Origin: Vulcanimicrobiales bacterium
Lineage (GTDB): Bacteria > Vulcanimicrobiota > Vulcanimicrobiia > Vulcanimicrobiales > Vulcanimicrobiaceae
Reading direction: 5' to 3'
NCBI GenBank assembly: GCA_038215615.1
Contig: JBBQQR010000012.1
Location: 1-63,009 of the forward strand
DNA length: 63,009 nucleotides
The translations under genes and the position numbers were made by a program. The notes below the pieces were generated by a model. It had not been told where the DNA came from, did no database searches, and worked only from the letters and a program-made list of their open reading frames with translations. The first letter of the stretch is position 1; the number at the start of each line of letters is the position of its first letter. Below, piece by piece: positions 18,051-27,628 of the stretch.

Positions 18051-19330
18051 GTCTGCCCCATCGGAATCAGCGAGACGCCGCCGAACGACGTGAGGACGTA
18101 TTCGCTGAAGAGCGCGTTCGGCCAGCCGAAATCCACGCGCGTGTACCGCTTCGGATCGTTCGGATCGAATGACTCGTGCAGCAAATGATCGCCGGGATCG
18201 CTGGCCAGCAGCTGATTGAGGACGTCTTGCTTCTCGGTCTGGGAATCGGACGTGAGGCCTTCCATCACCAGCGCCAGCGGCCAGACCCAGTGATCCGCCG
18301 TATGATAGCTGCCGATTCCGCGCGCGACGTTTCCGGAATAATACGACGCGTTGTCTTGCGACAGTAAGAACGCCCGGGTGTTCACATAATACCGGTTGCC
18401 GGCCGACGTGTAACCGATGTACGGAGCAGAAAGCAGGCTCGGAATATTCGCATCGTCGGTGATGATGGAGTTTCCCAACCCATCGGTTTCGAAGGCGTAG
18501 ATCTTCCCGTACTTCTTGTCGTCTATCATGCCGTATTTTTCAATCCCGCGGCGGACTTGGTCGCGCAAGGTGGCTGCGGCCCGCGCCTTGCCTGCGTCAT
18601 GGTAGACTTGGCGCTCGATCTGTTCCATGTCGCCGAGCGCGACGACCGCGAACATCTCCGACGGAATCAAATAATTGTAGTAGCAGGCGTCGTCGGATGG
18701 ACGAAAGCCCGTCCATATCATGCCGGAGTACCCGACGGGGCGCCCCCCGCCCCCCGGGAGTTCCCGGTGCGCGTAGCGCGAATCGCGCGCATGATTTTGT
18801 TCGCGCTGCATCGTTGCCAGCGTTGCATCGAGTGCTTTTTGCTCGTCGGGCGTGAAGATGGCCCCGTCGCCGGTCTCATGCCAGTAACTCCACGCCAGGG
18901 TCACGGGGTAGGCTAGTGAGTCAAGCTCGTATTTTTCTTCCCAGACGCGATAGTCAAGTGTGAAGGCGTTCGCGTAGGGATCGATCTGCACGTATTTTGC
19001 CTGACGGGCGATGATCGCACGCAAAAGCGCCCGGACCGAAGGGTCGGTCTTCGCATAGTAGAGATAGGGCCGCACCTGCGCGCTGGCGTCGCGCAGCCAC
19101 TCCGCCGGGATGTCGCCGGTCTTTACGTATGCCGTTCCGTCGGGCGCGAACTCGGCGAGCTTCGTTGTATCCAAGAGTGCCGCCCGGAACATCGTTTGCA
19201 AATGGACGTTTGAATTTTGGTACTGAGCGGCGGCGCGCACGATCGACTGAATCTCCAGGCCAGATGCCGGCGCGACGGCAACCAGCGCGATGATCAGCAG
19301 TCCGAGAAACGTAGAAATCCGGCGAGGCAC
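18041..19330 (-). CDS. Secreted glycoside hydrolase family 125 (exo-alpha-1,6-mannosidase-like)
   Basis: TGDIPAEWLRD, EKYELDSL, FRPSDD, DDANIPSLLS, HESF, FGWPN. Confidence 0.88.
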   Translation of the reverse strand: MPRRISTFLGLLIIALVAVAPASGLEIQSIVRAAAQYQNSNVHLQTMFRAALLDTTKLAEFAPDGTAYVKTGDIPAEWLRDASAQVRPYLYYAKTDPSVRALLRAIIARQAKYVQIDPYANAFTLDYRVWEEKYELDSLAYPVTLAWSYWHETGDGAIFTPDEQKALDATLATMQREQNHARDSRYAHRELPGGGGRPVGYSGMIWTGFRPSDDACYYNYLIPSEMFAVVALGDMEQIERQVYHDAGKARAAATLRDQVRRGIEKYGMIDDKKYGKIYAFETDGLGNSIITDDANIPSLLSAPYIGYTSAGNRYYVNTRAFLLSQDNASYYSGNVARGIGSYHTADHWVWPLALVMEGLTSDSQTEKQDVLNQLLASDPGDHLLHESFDPNDPKRYTRVDFGWPNALFSEYVLTSFGGVSLIPMGQTST

Positions 19331-19337
19331 GCCGGGC

Positions 19338-19850
19338 TTACCGCGGCCAGCTGCCGTGAGCGTAGAGTGCCGGCAACTCCCTGTACTGACCCTGATAATC
19401 GAGGCCGTAACCGACCACGAAAACGTCGGGAATCTCGAACCCGCGATACTTTACCTGAAGACCGGCAATCCGGCGGTGCGGGCGATCGAGGAGCGTGCAT
19501 ATTTCGAGCGACGCCGGCTGCCGCGCACGCAGCGTCCGTGAGACGTATTGCAGCGTCAGGCCGGTGTCGATGGTATCCTCAACCAAAATGACGTGACGCC
19601 CCTCGACCGACGCCGAGGTATCTTTGACGAAACGCAAACCTTCGGCGTCTTGGTATCGGGTAAGCGCGATCACGTCGAACTCACACGGGACATCAATCGC
19701 GCGCGTCAGATCGGCCAGGAACACCGCGGAGGCAGTAAGCACGCCGACGACCATGGGGTTGAGTCCGGCATAGTCGCGGGAGATGGCAGCTCCGAGCTCG
19801 CGGACGCGTGCCTCGATGGCGGCTTCGTCGTAGAGCTGCTCAGCGATCAC
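19338..19850 (-). CDS. hpt: Hypoxanthine phosphoribosyltransferase
   Basis: VILVEDTIDTGLT, FVVGYGLDY..YRELP. Confidence 0.92.
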   Translation of the reverse strand: MIAEQLYDEAAIEARVRELGAAISRDYAGLNPMVVGVLTASAVFLADLTRAIDVPCEFDVIALTRYQDAEGLRFVKDTSASVEGRHVILVEDTIDTGLTLQYVSRTLRARQPASLEICTLLDRPHRRIAGLQVKYRGFEIPDVFVVGYGLDYQGQYRELPALYAHGSWPR

Positions 19851-20179
19851 GAAGCGCGCGCGAGCCGATTGGAGAACACGCGTTCCACATCGCGGCGGGT
19901 GAAGAGTTTGATGTGCACGTCGGGATAAGCTTGGCGCAGCAGTCTCATCTTGCGATTCTTGCGAGTAACCAGGCGCGGGCTCAGCACGGTCATTTCAACA
20001 AAAAGATCGAATTCAGGCAGAAAAAAATCGGGTGTAAACCATTCGCTGACGTAGCCGTGCGCGTCCCAGCAGATCGGAAAGGCACATGGTTCGTAGATCC
20101 AACTGACTTCGTAAAAATCCAGCAGCCGGGCGAACTCTTCTTCGCTGCGATGAGCGAACCGGGCGACGGTCATTGCCAC
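19847..20179 (-). CDS. Small PD-(D/E)XK-like hypothetical protein coupled to hpt
   Basis: WIYEP...FTPDFFLPEFDLFVEMT; overlaps the hpt start. Confidence 0.7.
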   Translation of the reverse strand: MAMTVARFAHRSEEEFARLLDFYEVSWIYEPCAFPICWDAHGYVSEWFTPDFFLPEFDLFVEMTVLSPRLVTRKNRKMRLLRQAYPDVHIKLFTRRDVERVFSNRLARAS

Positions 20180-20189
20180 GGACTTACAT

Positions 20190-21287
20190 CTACGACGGCT
20201 CCGTGGAAAACTCCGCCTGGGCGGGCAGGAGAACTTCGAAGCGAGCTCCTCCCAACGCCGAATCGGCGACCGCGACGCTGCCGCCGCACCGTTGGGCGAT
20301 CAGCTTCACGATCGCCAAACCAATGCCGGCGCCGCGGCGGGATGCGGCATCCTTACCGCGGACGCTCAGATCGAAAACCGCCGCGCGCTCCTGCGCACGG
20401 ATGCCGGGACCGTCATCCTCAACGGTCACGAGAACTTTTTCTCCCCGTGCATGCACATGGATCGCAATCGTACCGCCTTCCGCTCCGTACTTGGTCGCAT
20501 TTTCGAGCAGATTGATCAACATCTGCAAGCACGGGTCGGGATCGATCGCCGCTACTGCGCCCGCAGGCGCATCCCGCTCTACGGTCATTCCGCGGGCTCG
20601 TGCTAGCGGAGCTACCGTGTCGCAAGCCAGCGCGAGCTGTTCGGCGACGTCGCACCCGCGCGTTGCGGAGAGTCCGGCCGCTAAGTCCAGCAGCGAGAAT
20701 TCAAACATGCCCTCGATCATGCGCCCCATGCGCAGCGCCTCGCGCCGCGCGGTATGCAAGAACCGTTGCGAGGTCGGCACGTCGATCTCGCCGTCGAGTA
20801 ACGTTTCGAGATAGCCGCGAATCGACGCTAGCGGCGTCCGCAGCTCGTGTCCGACGGCGGCAAAAAATTCGTAGCGTTCGCGTTCGCGGGCGCCCCTTTC
20901 GAGCGCAATCTCGATCTCGGCCTCCAAGTCGAAGGGAGGTTGCGCCAGCGTCCATCCGCTCTCGACGGGCAGCCCGGTTTCGGCTGCCATTTCCGAAGCG
21001 ATTCGCTGCAGCATCGCGCGGCAGACGCTCGGATTGGGACGCGACGTTCCGCGCGGCGGCCCGTTCACCAAGACGGCGAAAATGTCGCGGCCGCGATCGT
21101 GAATGCGATGATCGCCGCGCCGCAGAACGCGCCGTGAAGCGGCGGCAAACGCGTGGGCCGCCCGGCGCTCGAGCCGGCAGGCCGCCCGCTTTCCTTCGCG
21201 CCATGCGATGTGCTCGAACTCGGGAACGCGCAGCACGAGCAGCGGCACGCCGCCGTTAACGGCAGGCAAACTTATAGCCGAACCCAT
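20190..21287 (-). CDS. Cytoplasmic histidine kinase with degenerate GGDEF-like N-terminus
   Basis: HELRTPL, NLLENATKY, DDGPGI, GAGIGL; no TM helices. Confidence 0.88.
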   Translation of the reverse strand: MGSAISLPAVNGGVPLLVLRVPEFEHIAWREGKRAACRLERRAAHAFAAASRRVLRRGDHRIHDRGRDIFAVLVNGPPRGTSRPNPSVCRAMLQRIASEMAAETGLPVESGWTLAQPPFDLEAEIEIALERGARERERYEFFAAVGHELRTPLASIRGYLETLLDGEIDVPTSQRFLHTARREALRMGRMIEGMFEFSLLDLAAGLSATRGCDVAEQLALACDTVAPLARARGMTVERDAPAGAVAAIDPDPCLQMLINLLENATKYGAEGGTIAIHVHARGEKVLVTVEDDGPGIRAQERAAVFDLSVRGKDAASRRGAGIGLAIVKLIAQRCGGSVAVADSALGGARFEVLLPAQAEFSTEPS

Positions 21288-21945
21288 GCACCGTCAGCAA
21301 AATGCCCGGCAGCTGGCGTTGTTCCTCGAGCTTTAAGCGTATTCGCCGGACATGCACGTCGACGGTACGCTCGTCGCCCAAAAAATCGAAACCCCAGATC
21401 TTCTCCAGCAGCATTTGCCGCGACATCGCCATGCCGGCATTGCTGGCCAATTCCAGCAGCAGCGAGAACTCGCGCGGTTTCAGTCTTATGCCCGCGCCGT
21501 CGACGCGCACCTCGCGCGCGACCTCGTCGATCTCGAGCCGTCCGAATTTCAGGATCGCCGGGTGGTCCTGATAGGCTTTGCCGATGCGCCGCGCCAGCGT
21601 TTTCACGCGCGCGATTACCTCGCGGGGGCTGAACGGTTTTGTGACGTAATCGTCGGCGCCCAATTCCAGCCCGACGATCCGGTCAACTTCGTCGGCGCGC
21701 GCGGTCAGCATCACGATGGGCAGTTCGCGCCTCTCCCGGCGGAGCGTACGCGCGACCTCGAATCCGTCGATCGCCGGCAGGCCGATGTCCAAAATCAGCA
21801 GGTCGGCCCAATTGCGTGCCATGCGCAGCGCTGCGTTCCCATCGCCGGCGATGCAAACATCGAGTCCTTCGCGCTGCAGGTGATATTTTAGCAAATCCGC
21901 GATGCTCGCGTCGTCCTCGGCGATCAGCACGCGAAGAACCGGCAT
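21256..21945 (-). CDS. OmpR/PhoB family response regulator
   Basis: Receiver domain (LILDIGLP, GADDYVTKPF) plus winged helix (RTVDVHVRRIRLK). Confidence 0.93.
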   Translation of the reverse strand: MPVLRVLIAEDDASIADLLKYHLQREGLDVCIAGDGNAALRMARNWADLLILDIGLPAIDGFEVARTLRRERRELPIVMLTARADEVDRIVGLELGADDYVTKPFSPREVIARVKTLARRIGKAYQDHPAILKFGRLEIDEVAREVRVDGAGIRLKPREFSLLLELASNAGMAMSRQMLLEKIWGFDFLGDERTVDVHVRRIRLKLEEQRQLPGILLTVHGFGYKFACR

Positions 21946-21965
21946 GTCAAGACGTGTGCCCGAGC

Positions 21966-22451
21966 TTAAGAAGCTTGGGCCACCTCGGCGAATGGGCCGA
22001 ACTCCGCCGCATGCTCGCGCAGCCGGCGGTAGACCAGCGGAGCCGGGAACCCGAGACGTTCGAGCGCGCGCGCGGCAGACGGGTAGCTCAGCTCGCTCTT
22101 TGTCCGGAAAAGTTTATCGAGTGCCTTACGCAGGCGCGTATCTTCACCGGCCGAGGCCCCCTGCACGGCGTGGCAGGCCGCCGCGCGATCGATACCCTTG
22201 CGTACGAGTTCGCCGACCAGCCGCACGTCGCCGACCGCCTTCTGCTTTCCCTCGACATAGAGTTGAGCGAAGAGCTTGTCGTCGACGTAACCGTCGGACT
22301 TGCAACGTTCGACCGCGTTGCGAATCTCTTGGGTCTCAAACGTCTTGCGTTCCAGCTTCTGCCAGAGCTGCGCTTCGGTGAGGCGCCGGTGCGCCAGCAT
22401 CCGCAAAGCGCATACGTAGGCCTTTGTCGTCCTGAGCCTGTCGAGCGGCAT
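21966..22451 (-). CDS. recX: Regulatory protein RecX
   Basis: [30 protein letters not shown]; directly after recA. Confidence 0.85.
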   Translation of the reverse strand: MPLDRLRTTKAYVCALRMLAHRRLTEAQLWQKLERKTFETQEIRNAVERCKSDGYVDDKLFAQLYVEGKQKAVGDVRLVGELVRKGIDRAAACHAVQGASAGEDTRLRKALDKLFRTKSELSYPSAARALERLGFPAPLVYRRLREHAAEFGPFAEVAQAS

Positions 22452-22454
22452 GGA

Positions 22455-23492
22455 TTACTCCGGAGAAACCGCCGTTGCCGTCCCGTTGCGCGAGACCGTC
22501 GCCGCGAGCTCCCCGCGAATTTTCGTCGCGATTTCATCGGCAAGATCCGCGTGTTCTTCCAGATAGGACTTGGCGTTTTCGCGGCCTTGCCCGATCCGCT
22601 GCTCGCCGTAGGTGTACCACGAGCCGCTCTTGCCCACGATGTTGCGTTCGAGTGCGACATCGAGAATCGAGCCCATCTTGCTGATGCCGTGGCCGTAGGT
22701 GATGTCGAACTCGGCCTGCCGGAACGGAGGCGCAACCTTGTTTTTGACGACCTTGACTCGCGTGCGGACGCCGACCACGTCCTGCCCAACCTTGATCTGT
22801 TCGAGCTTGCGGACGTCCAGACGAATCGAAGCGTAAAACTTGAGCGCCCGGCCTCCCGAAGTCGTTTCGGGACTGCCGAACATCACGCCGACTTTTTCAC
22901 GCAGTTGATTTATGAAGATCATCACGGCCTTGCTGCGAGATATGCAGGCGGTCAGTTTGCGCAGGGCCTGCGACATGAGCCGCGCTTGCAGACCGACGTG
23001 CGCGTCGCCCATGTCGCCTTCGAGTTCGGCTTTGGTGACGAGCGCCGCTACCGAGTCGAGCACGATCACGTCGACTGCGTTGCTGCGTATCAGCATTTCG
23101 GCAATGTCGAGCGCCTGTTCACCGGTGTCGGGCTGCGAAACGAGCAGGTTGTCCAAATCGACGCCGAGAGCCGCAGCGTAGGTTGGATCCAGCGCGTGTT
23201 CCACGTCTATAAAGGCTGCCGTGCCACCGAGTTTTTGCGCTTCGGCGATGGCATGCAACGCGAGGGTCGTCTTACCGCTCGATTCGGGGCCGTAAATTTC
23301 CGCGATACGTCCGCGCGGGAAGCCGCCGACGCCGAGCGCCAGATCGATCGCGATCGAGCCCGAGGGAACGACCTCGAAAGCCATCCGTTCGCTGAACTCG
23401 CCCATCCGCATGATCGAGCCTTTGCCGAATTGGCGCTCGATCTGCGCGAGGGCGTTGCTGAGGGCGGTCTGTCGTTCGTCTTGCGCTGCCAT
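22455..23492 (-). CDS. recA: Recombinase RecA
   Basis: [29 protein letters not shown]. Confidence 0.99.
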   Translation of the reverse strand: MAAQDERQTALSNALAQIERQFGKGSIMRMGEFSERMAFEVVPSGSIAIDLALGVGGFPRGRIAEIYGPESSGKTTLALHAIAEAQKLGGTAAFIDVEHALDPTYAAALGVDLDNLLVSQPDTGEQALDIAEMLIRSNAVDVIVLDSVAALVTKAELEGDMGDAHVGLQARLMSQALRKLTACISRSKAVMIFINQLREKVGVMFGSPETTSGGRALKFYASIRLDVRKLEQIKVGQDVVGVRTRVKVVKNKVAPPFRQAEFDITYGHGISKMGSILDVALERNIVGKSGSWYTYGEQRIGQGRENAKSYLEEHADLADEIATKIRGELAATVSRNGTATAVSPE

Positions 23493-23568
23493 GTTGCTCT
23501 CTCCTAACCTTTAGCTTCTGTTATTTTCTCTATCACGATATCGGGTCAGAATGCCAAGTGCCTGGCAC

Positions 23569-24486
23569 TTAAAAAGTCGATTCTTCGAAAAGGGCATCGA
23601 TAAACTCACCCGGGGAAAACGGCCGCAGGTCGTCCGCGGACTCGCCGAGCCCGACGAATTTTATGGGAACTTCGAGCTCGTCGATGATGGCCACCAGTAC
23701 GCCGCCCTTGGCGGTCGAGTCGAGTTTGGTCACGACGGCCCCGGTCAGGGCGGACGCCTCGTGGAAAAGTCTAGCCTGCGAGATGGCGTTTTGACCGGTG
23801 GTGCCGTCGAGCACGAGCAAAGTTTCGGCGGGCGGGGCGCCCGTTTCACGCTCGATCACCCGGCGCATTTTTTTCAGCTCTTCCATAAGATTGGTTTTCG
23901 TTTGAAGCCGGCCGGCGGTATCGACGATCACGACGTCCGCGCAGCGAGATCGCGCGGCTTGCAAACCGTCGAAGACGACCGAGGACGGATCGGCGCCTTC
24001 CTTGCCGCGCACGAACGACGCGCCCGAACGCTCCGCCCAAATACCGAGCTGTTCGGCCGCGGCGGCACGGAATGTGTCGGCGGCCACGAGCGTCACGGTC
24101 TTCCCTTGCGAACGCAAACGGGTTGCGAGCTTGCCGATCGTCGTAGTCTTGCCGCTGCCATTTACACCGACGATGAGCATCACCGCCGGCGCGCCGGCGA
24201 GGTCCAGCTCAGCCCCGGGAAGCGTGAGAAACCGCTCGACGTCTTTTCGAAACCGCGCGACGATCTGATCGCTCGTGCTCCACAGCTCTTGCTTGGCGAC
24301 CGTTTTAAGGCCGCCGAGGACCTTCGTGGTCGTTGCGACGCCGAAATCAGCGGAGAGCAAAAGCTCCTCGAGTTCTTCCCACACCTCGGGAGTAATGGGC
24401 TTGCGCGCCCGGCCCAAGGCCTCGACGCCCGCCAGTGCCTCCCTCGCCATGCCGAACGAGGCCCGGAGCTTAGTAAGCCAGCTCAC
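23569..24486 (-). CDS. ftsY: SRP receptor FtsY
   Basis: GVNGSGKTTT, DTFRAAA, DTAGRLQT, TKLDSTAKGG. Confidence 0.97.
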   Translation of the reverse strand: MSWLTKLRASFGMAREALAGVEALGRARKPITPEVWEELEELLLSADFGVATTTKVLGGLKTVAKQELWSTSDQIVARFRKDVERFLTLPGAELDLAGAPAVMLIVGVNGSGKTTTIGKLATRLRSQGKTVTLVAADTFRAAAAEQLGIWAERSGASFVRGKEGADPSSVVFDGLQAARSRCADVVIVDTAGRLQTKTNLMEELKKMRRVIERETGAPPAETLLVLDGTTGQNAISQARLFHEASALTGAVVTKLDSTAKGGVLVAIIDELEVPIKFVGLGESADDLRPFSPGEFIDALFEESTF

Positions 24487-24509
24487 GGACCTGAGGCTTC
24501 GCCCTCATG

Positions 24510-24529
24510 AATCGAACTCCTGTTCGATT
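24510..24529. promoter_or_regulatory. Putative LexA (SOS) box upstream of ftsY-recA-recX
   Basis: AATCGAAC-TCCT-GTTCGATT, same arms as the imuA box. Confidence 0.7.
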
Positions 24530-24553
24530 GAAAGGCGCCTCCGCCCATAAGCA

Positions 24554-25369
24554 TTAGCCCGGCGGCACTTTGCGGACGTACTTTTGTTTGAGGGTCGGGT
24601 CGCCGTCTCGGATTCCCAGATCGCTTTGGAGCTCACGCAAAAGCTGGCGCAGATGGATGACGGCCTGTGCGTGGATCTGCGAGACACGCGATTCGGAGAC
24701 GTTGAGCCGCTCCTTGATGTCTTTGAGCGCTTGTCCTTCGAAATAATAGAGCGAGATGACGACGCGTTCTTGCGGCGGCAGTTCGCTGACGGCTTGCACG
24801 AGCGCGGTGCGGAGTTCGCGCTGCTCGACGCTCGCGGTGATGTCGACGCCGGCATCTTTGAGCGTATCGGCGAGCGGGATTTGATACCCCTTGTCGCTCG
24901 GGAGCGGTTCCTCAAGCGACAGCAGCGACGTGCCGCGCACGCGCTGCAGCAGTGCATGGTATTCCTCGATCGGCATCGAGAGATGCGCCGCCACTTCCGC
25001 ATCGGTCGGCAGACGTCCGAGCGTGACTTCGAGCTGCCCAAAGGCGCGTTCGATCTCGCGCGCGCGCTGCCGGACGGCCCGCGGAACCCAGTCGAGCGCG
25101 CGCAAGGCGTCGATGATCGCGCCGTTGATGCGCGTGATGGCATAGGTTTCGAACTTCACACCGCGGGAGTCGTCGTATTTTTCGATCGCGTCGATCAAAC
25201 CCACGATGCCATCATTGATCAAATCGTTCAGGTCCACGTTCGGCGGCAGGCTAACGGAGAGTTTCCCCGCGACGTATTTGACGATGTGCAAATACTTGTG
25301 GATGAGCTCTTCGCGCGAGTATTCGACGCCGTTGATGCGGTAGCGGCGCTTGCCGCCGCCCGTCTTCAC
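24554..25369 (-). CDS. fliA: FliA/WhiG family sigma factor
   Basis: FETYAITRINGAIIDALRALDWVPR, VSESRVSQIH. Confidence 0.9.
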   Translation of the reverse strand: MKTGGGKRRYRINGVEYSREELIHKYLHIVKYVAGKLSVSLPPNVDLNDLINDGIVGLIDAIEKYDDSRGVKFETYAITRINGAIIDALRALDWVPRAVRQRAREIERAFGQLEVTLGRLPTDAEVAAHLSMPIEEYHALLQRVRGTSLLSLEEPLPSDKGYQIPLADTLKDAGVDITASVEQRELRTALVQAVSELPPQERVVISLYYFEGQALKDIKERLNVSESRVSQIHAQAVIHLRQLLRELQSDLGIRDGDPTLKQKYVRKVPPG

Positions 25370-26385
25370 GTGTACCTGATGCGTGGATTTACAGCGGCGT
25401 AGAGCAAGTCAACGCCCGTGTTCACAACTACGAAGACGGTCGCAAACAGCAAGATAACGCCGTTGACCAGCGGCATGTCGCGGTTGCCGATCGCGTCAAA
25501 AGCCAAGCGACCCACTCCGGGCCACGCAAAGATGTGCTCGGTCAGCACGGCACCGCCGAGCAGCAGCCCCGTCTGCAAGCCCACAATAGTAAGAATGGGA
25601 ACGAGCGCGTTGCGAAGTGCGTGGTGCAGCAGAACCGTGCGTTCGCTCAAGCCTTTGGCACGCGCTGTCCGGATGTAGTCGCTGCGCAAGACGTCGAGCA
25701 TTCCGCTGCGCGTGATCTTCGCGATGATCGCCAGCGGGATCGTGCCGAGCGTCAGCGCAGGCAGCACCAGGTGCCAAAGCGCATCGGCCGCAGCTTGCCA
25801 GTTGCCTTCCAAGAGCGCATCCAGGACGATGAGGTGCGTGATCGGCGTGACGGTGTACTGCAGCGAGATGCGCCCCGAAATCGGAAAGAGATTGAGCCCG
25901 TAATGCGATGGTACCACCGAAAGCAGATAGACAAGCATCCAACCGAGCCAGAAAACCGGAATCGAGACACCCAGCAGCGCGAGGCTCATCGTGAAGGCAT
26001 CGGCGGCCGAACGGAATTTCACCGCTGCGATAATCCCGAGCGGGATACCGAAGGCGATGGCGACGATCATCGCGCCCAGCGCAAGCTCCACAGTAGCGGG
26101 GAAGTATTGTGCGAGCTTCCCGGCCACGCTCTCGTTGTCGACGAGCGACCGGCCGAGATCGCCGCGCGCAGCGTGCGCCATGTAAATCCCAAGCTGGAGG
26201 TACCAAGGCTTATCCAGCCCGAGCGATGCGCGCAGAGCAGCGGCCTGAACCGGCGACGCATGCTCGCCCAGCCGGATGGCCACGGGATCGCCCGGAATCG
26301 CTTTCATGAACGCGAAGCTCACGATCGTGATCGCGATCAGCACGAGTACCAGCCGCACCAGGCGCACTGCCGCGAATCTAGCCAT
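25366..26385 (-). CDS. Peptide/nickel ABC transporter permease (DppB-like)
   Basis: IPGDP, DYIRTARAKGL, FAWPGVG. Confidence 0.92.
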   Translation of the reverse strand: MARFAAVRLVRLVLVLIAITIVSFAFMKAIPGDPVAIRLGEHASPVQAAALRASLGLDKPWYLQLGIYMAHAARGDLGRSLVDNESVAGKLAQYFPATVELALGAMIVAIAFGIPLGIIAAVKFRSAADAFTMSLALLGVSIPVFWLGWMLVYLLSVVPSHYGLNLFPISGRISLQYTVTPITHLIVLDALLEGNWQAAADALWHLVLPALTLGTIPLAIIAKITRSGMLDVLRSDYIRTARAKGLSERTVLLHHALRNALVPILTIVGLQTGLLLGGAVLTEHIFAWPGVGRLAFDAIGNRDMPLVNGVILLFATVFVVVNTGVDLLYAAVNPRIRYT

Positions 26386-27568
26386 GCACCGTGCGCGCCG
26401 CGAAACGCAGCGCTCGACCGTAGAGAAATGTCTTGTCGCTCAACGAGCGCTCGTGATCTTCCCGCTGTAAAACATCGATGAAGCGCGGCGATTTTACGAG
26501 CTCATCAAAGAGCTTCGCGTAGCGCGAGGGCTTGCGTTCGAGAAAGCGCATGAGCTCGGCCCGGTGACGCAACCGCCCGTAGAAGCGTTTGTTTAACCCG
26601 GCACCGTAGCGCTCGTAAGCGCGTGCCGGCTGCGCGCGCGTGGAACTGACGGCTTCGGCCGCCATGCGGCCGCTCATAGCAGCTTCATAGATCCCCTCGC
26701 CATTGGTGGCGTCGACCAGGCCCGCAGCCGTTCCACCAACCATTGCGCCGGGAACCGCGACGCGCGGACGGGGCGCGCCGCCGTACAGCAAATGACCCTC
26801 GAGTTTGGTCGTGAAAGCCGCCGCCGGATAGAGCCGCGCGCGCACCCGCTCCGTGAAAAGGTCGAGCTCTTCGCGCAGCTGCGCGCCGGGCATTTTCCCC
26901 ATTACGCCGAGACCGATCGCTAAATGATCGCGTTTGGGAAACATCCACGCGACCGTCATGCGCCCGTCGCGCGTGGCGAAATAATGCATCTCGAGTGAGC
27001 GGTAAGCGACCGCGTCGGCCGGACGGTCCAAATAGACGCGATATTGAAGCGTTGTTACTAAACCGCCCTGCCATTGCGGATAGGCAAACTCCGTCTCTTC
27101 CAACTTTGCGGTCGAGCCCTGCGCAAAAAACACGTTCTGCGCTGCGATGGTTTTCCTATCGCCTGCGCGCGCGTCGGCGTATTCGATCACCACGCGATCG
27201 CCTTCGCGTTGCATTCCGCGAAACATCGCGGACGTGCGCACGTCGGCGCCTTCAGCTGCGGCGAGCTTTCCAATAGTTCCATCGAGCTCTTCACGCGTGG
27301 TCGTATGGCCAGGAACGATCGTCAGTTCGTATTCTTTTCCAGCCGGATCGAAAAGCGCTAAGCGCGGTGTGTCGCAGTGCACGATCTCCCGCGGCAAGTC
27401 GAACGTCGTGCAAAATGCCGGCCGGAGCCCGGCGGCGCAGACGCGTTTTGCGCCGACGACCGAATCTTTCTCAAGCACGACCGTTCCCACGCCGGCCCGC
27501 GCAGCTTCGCGGGCGGCAATCCCGCCGGCCGGGCCACAGCCGATCACAAGAAACTCGACGTGCTCCAC
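26378..27568 (-). CDS. Geranylgeranyl reductase family FAD oxidoreductase (start GTG 27568 or ATG 27601)
   Basis: VIGCGPAG, WMFPK, AAGLVDATNGEGIYEAAMSG. Confidence 0.82.
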   Translation of the reverse strand: MEHVEFLVIGCGPAGGIAAREAARAGVGTVVLEKDSVVGAKRVCAAGLRPAFCTTFDLPREIVHCDTPRLALFDPAGKEYELTIVPGHTTTREELDGTIGKLAAAEGADVRTSAMFRGMQREGDRVVIEYADARAGDRKTIAAQNVFFAQGSTAKLEETEFAYPQWQGGLVTTLQYRVYLDRPADAVAYRSLEMHYFATRDGRMTVAWMFPKRDHLAIGLGVMGKMPGAQLREELDLFTERVRARLYPAAAFTTKLEGHLLYGGAPRPRVAVPGAMVGGTAAGLVDATNGEGIYEAAMSGRMAAEAVSSTRAQPARAYERYGAGLNKRFYGRLRHRAELMRFLERKPSRYAKLFDELVKSPRFIDVLQREDHERSLSDKTFLYGRALRFAARTVHG

Positions 27569-27628
27569 GTTGTGGTCGTTTCGACGCCTCGTCACGCGCA
27601 CATGTTTGGCGTGGCCGCCCCGGCCGCC

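Noticed and set aside
21816..23507. 563-aa plus-strand ORF
   Set aside because: Antisense shadow of recA/recX caused by GC-rich codon bias; no recognisable motifs.
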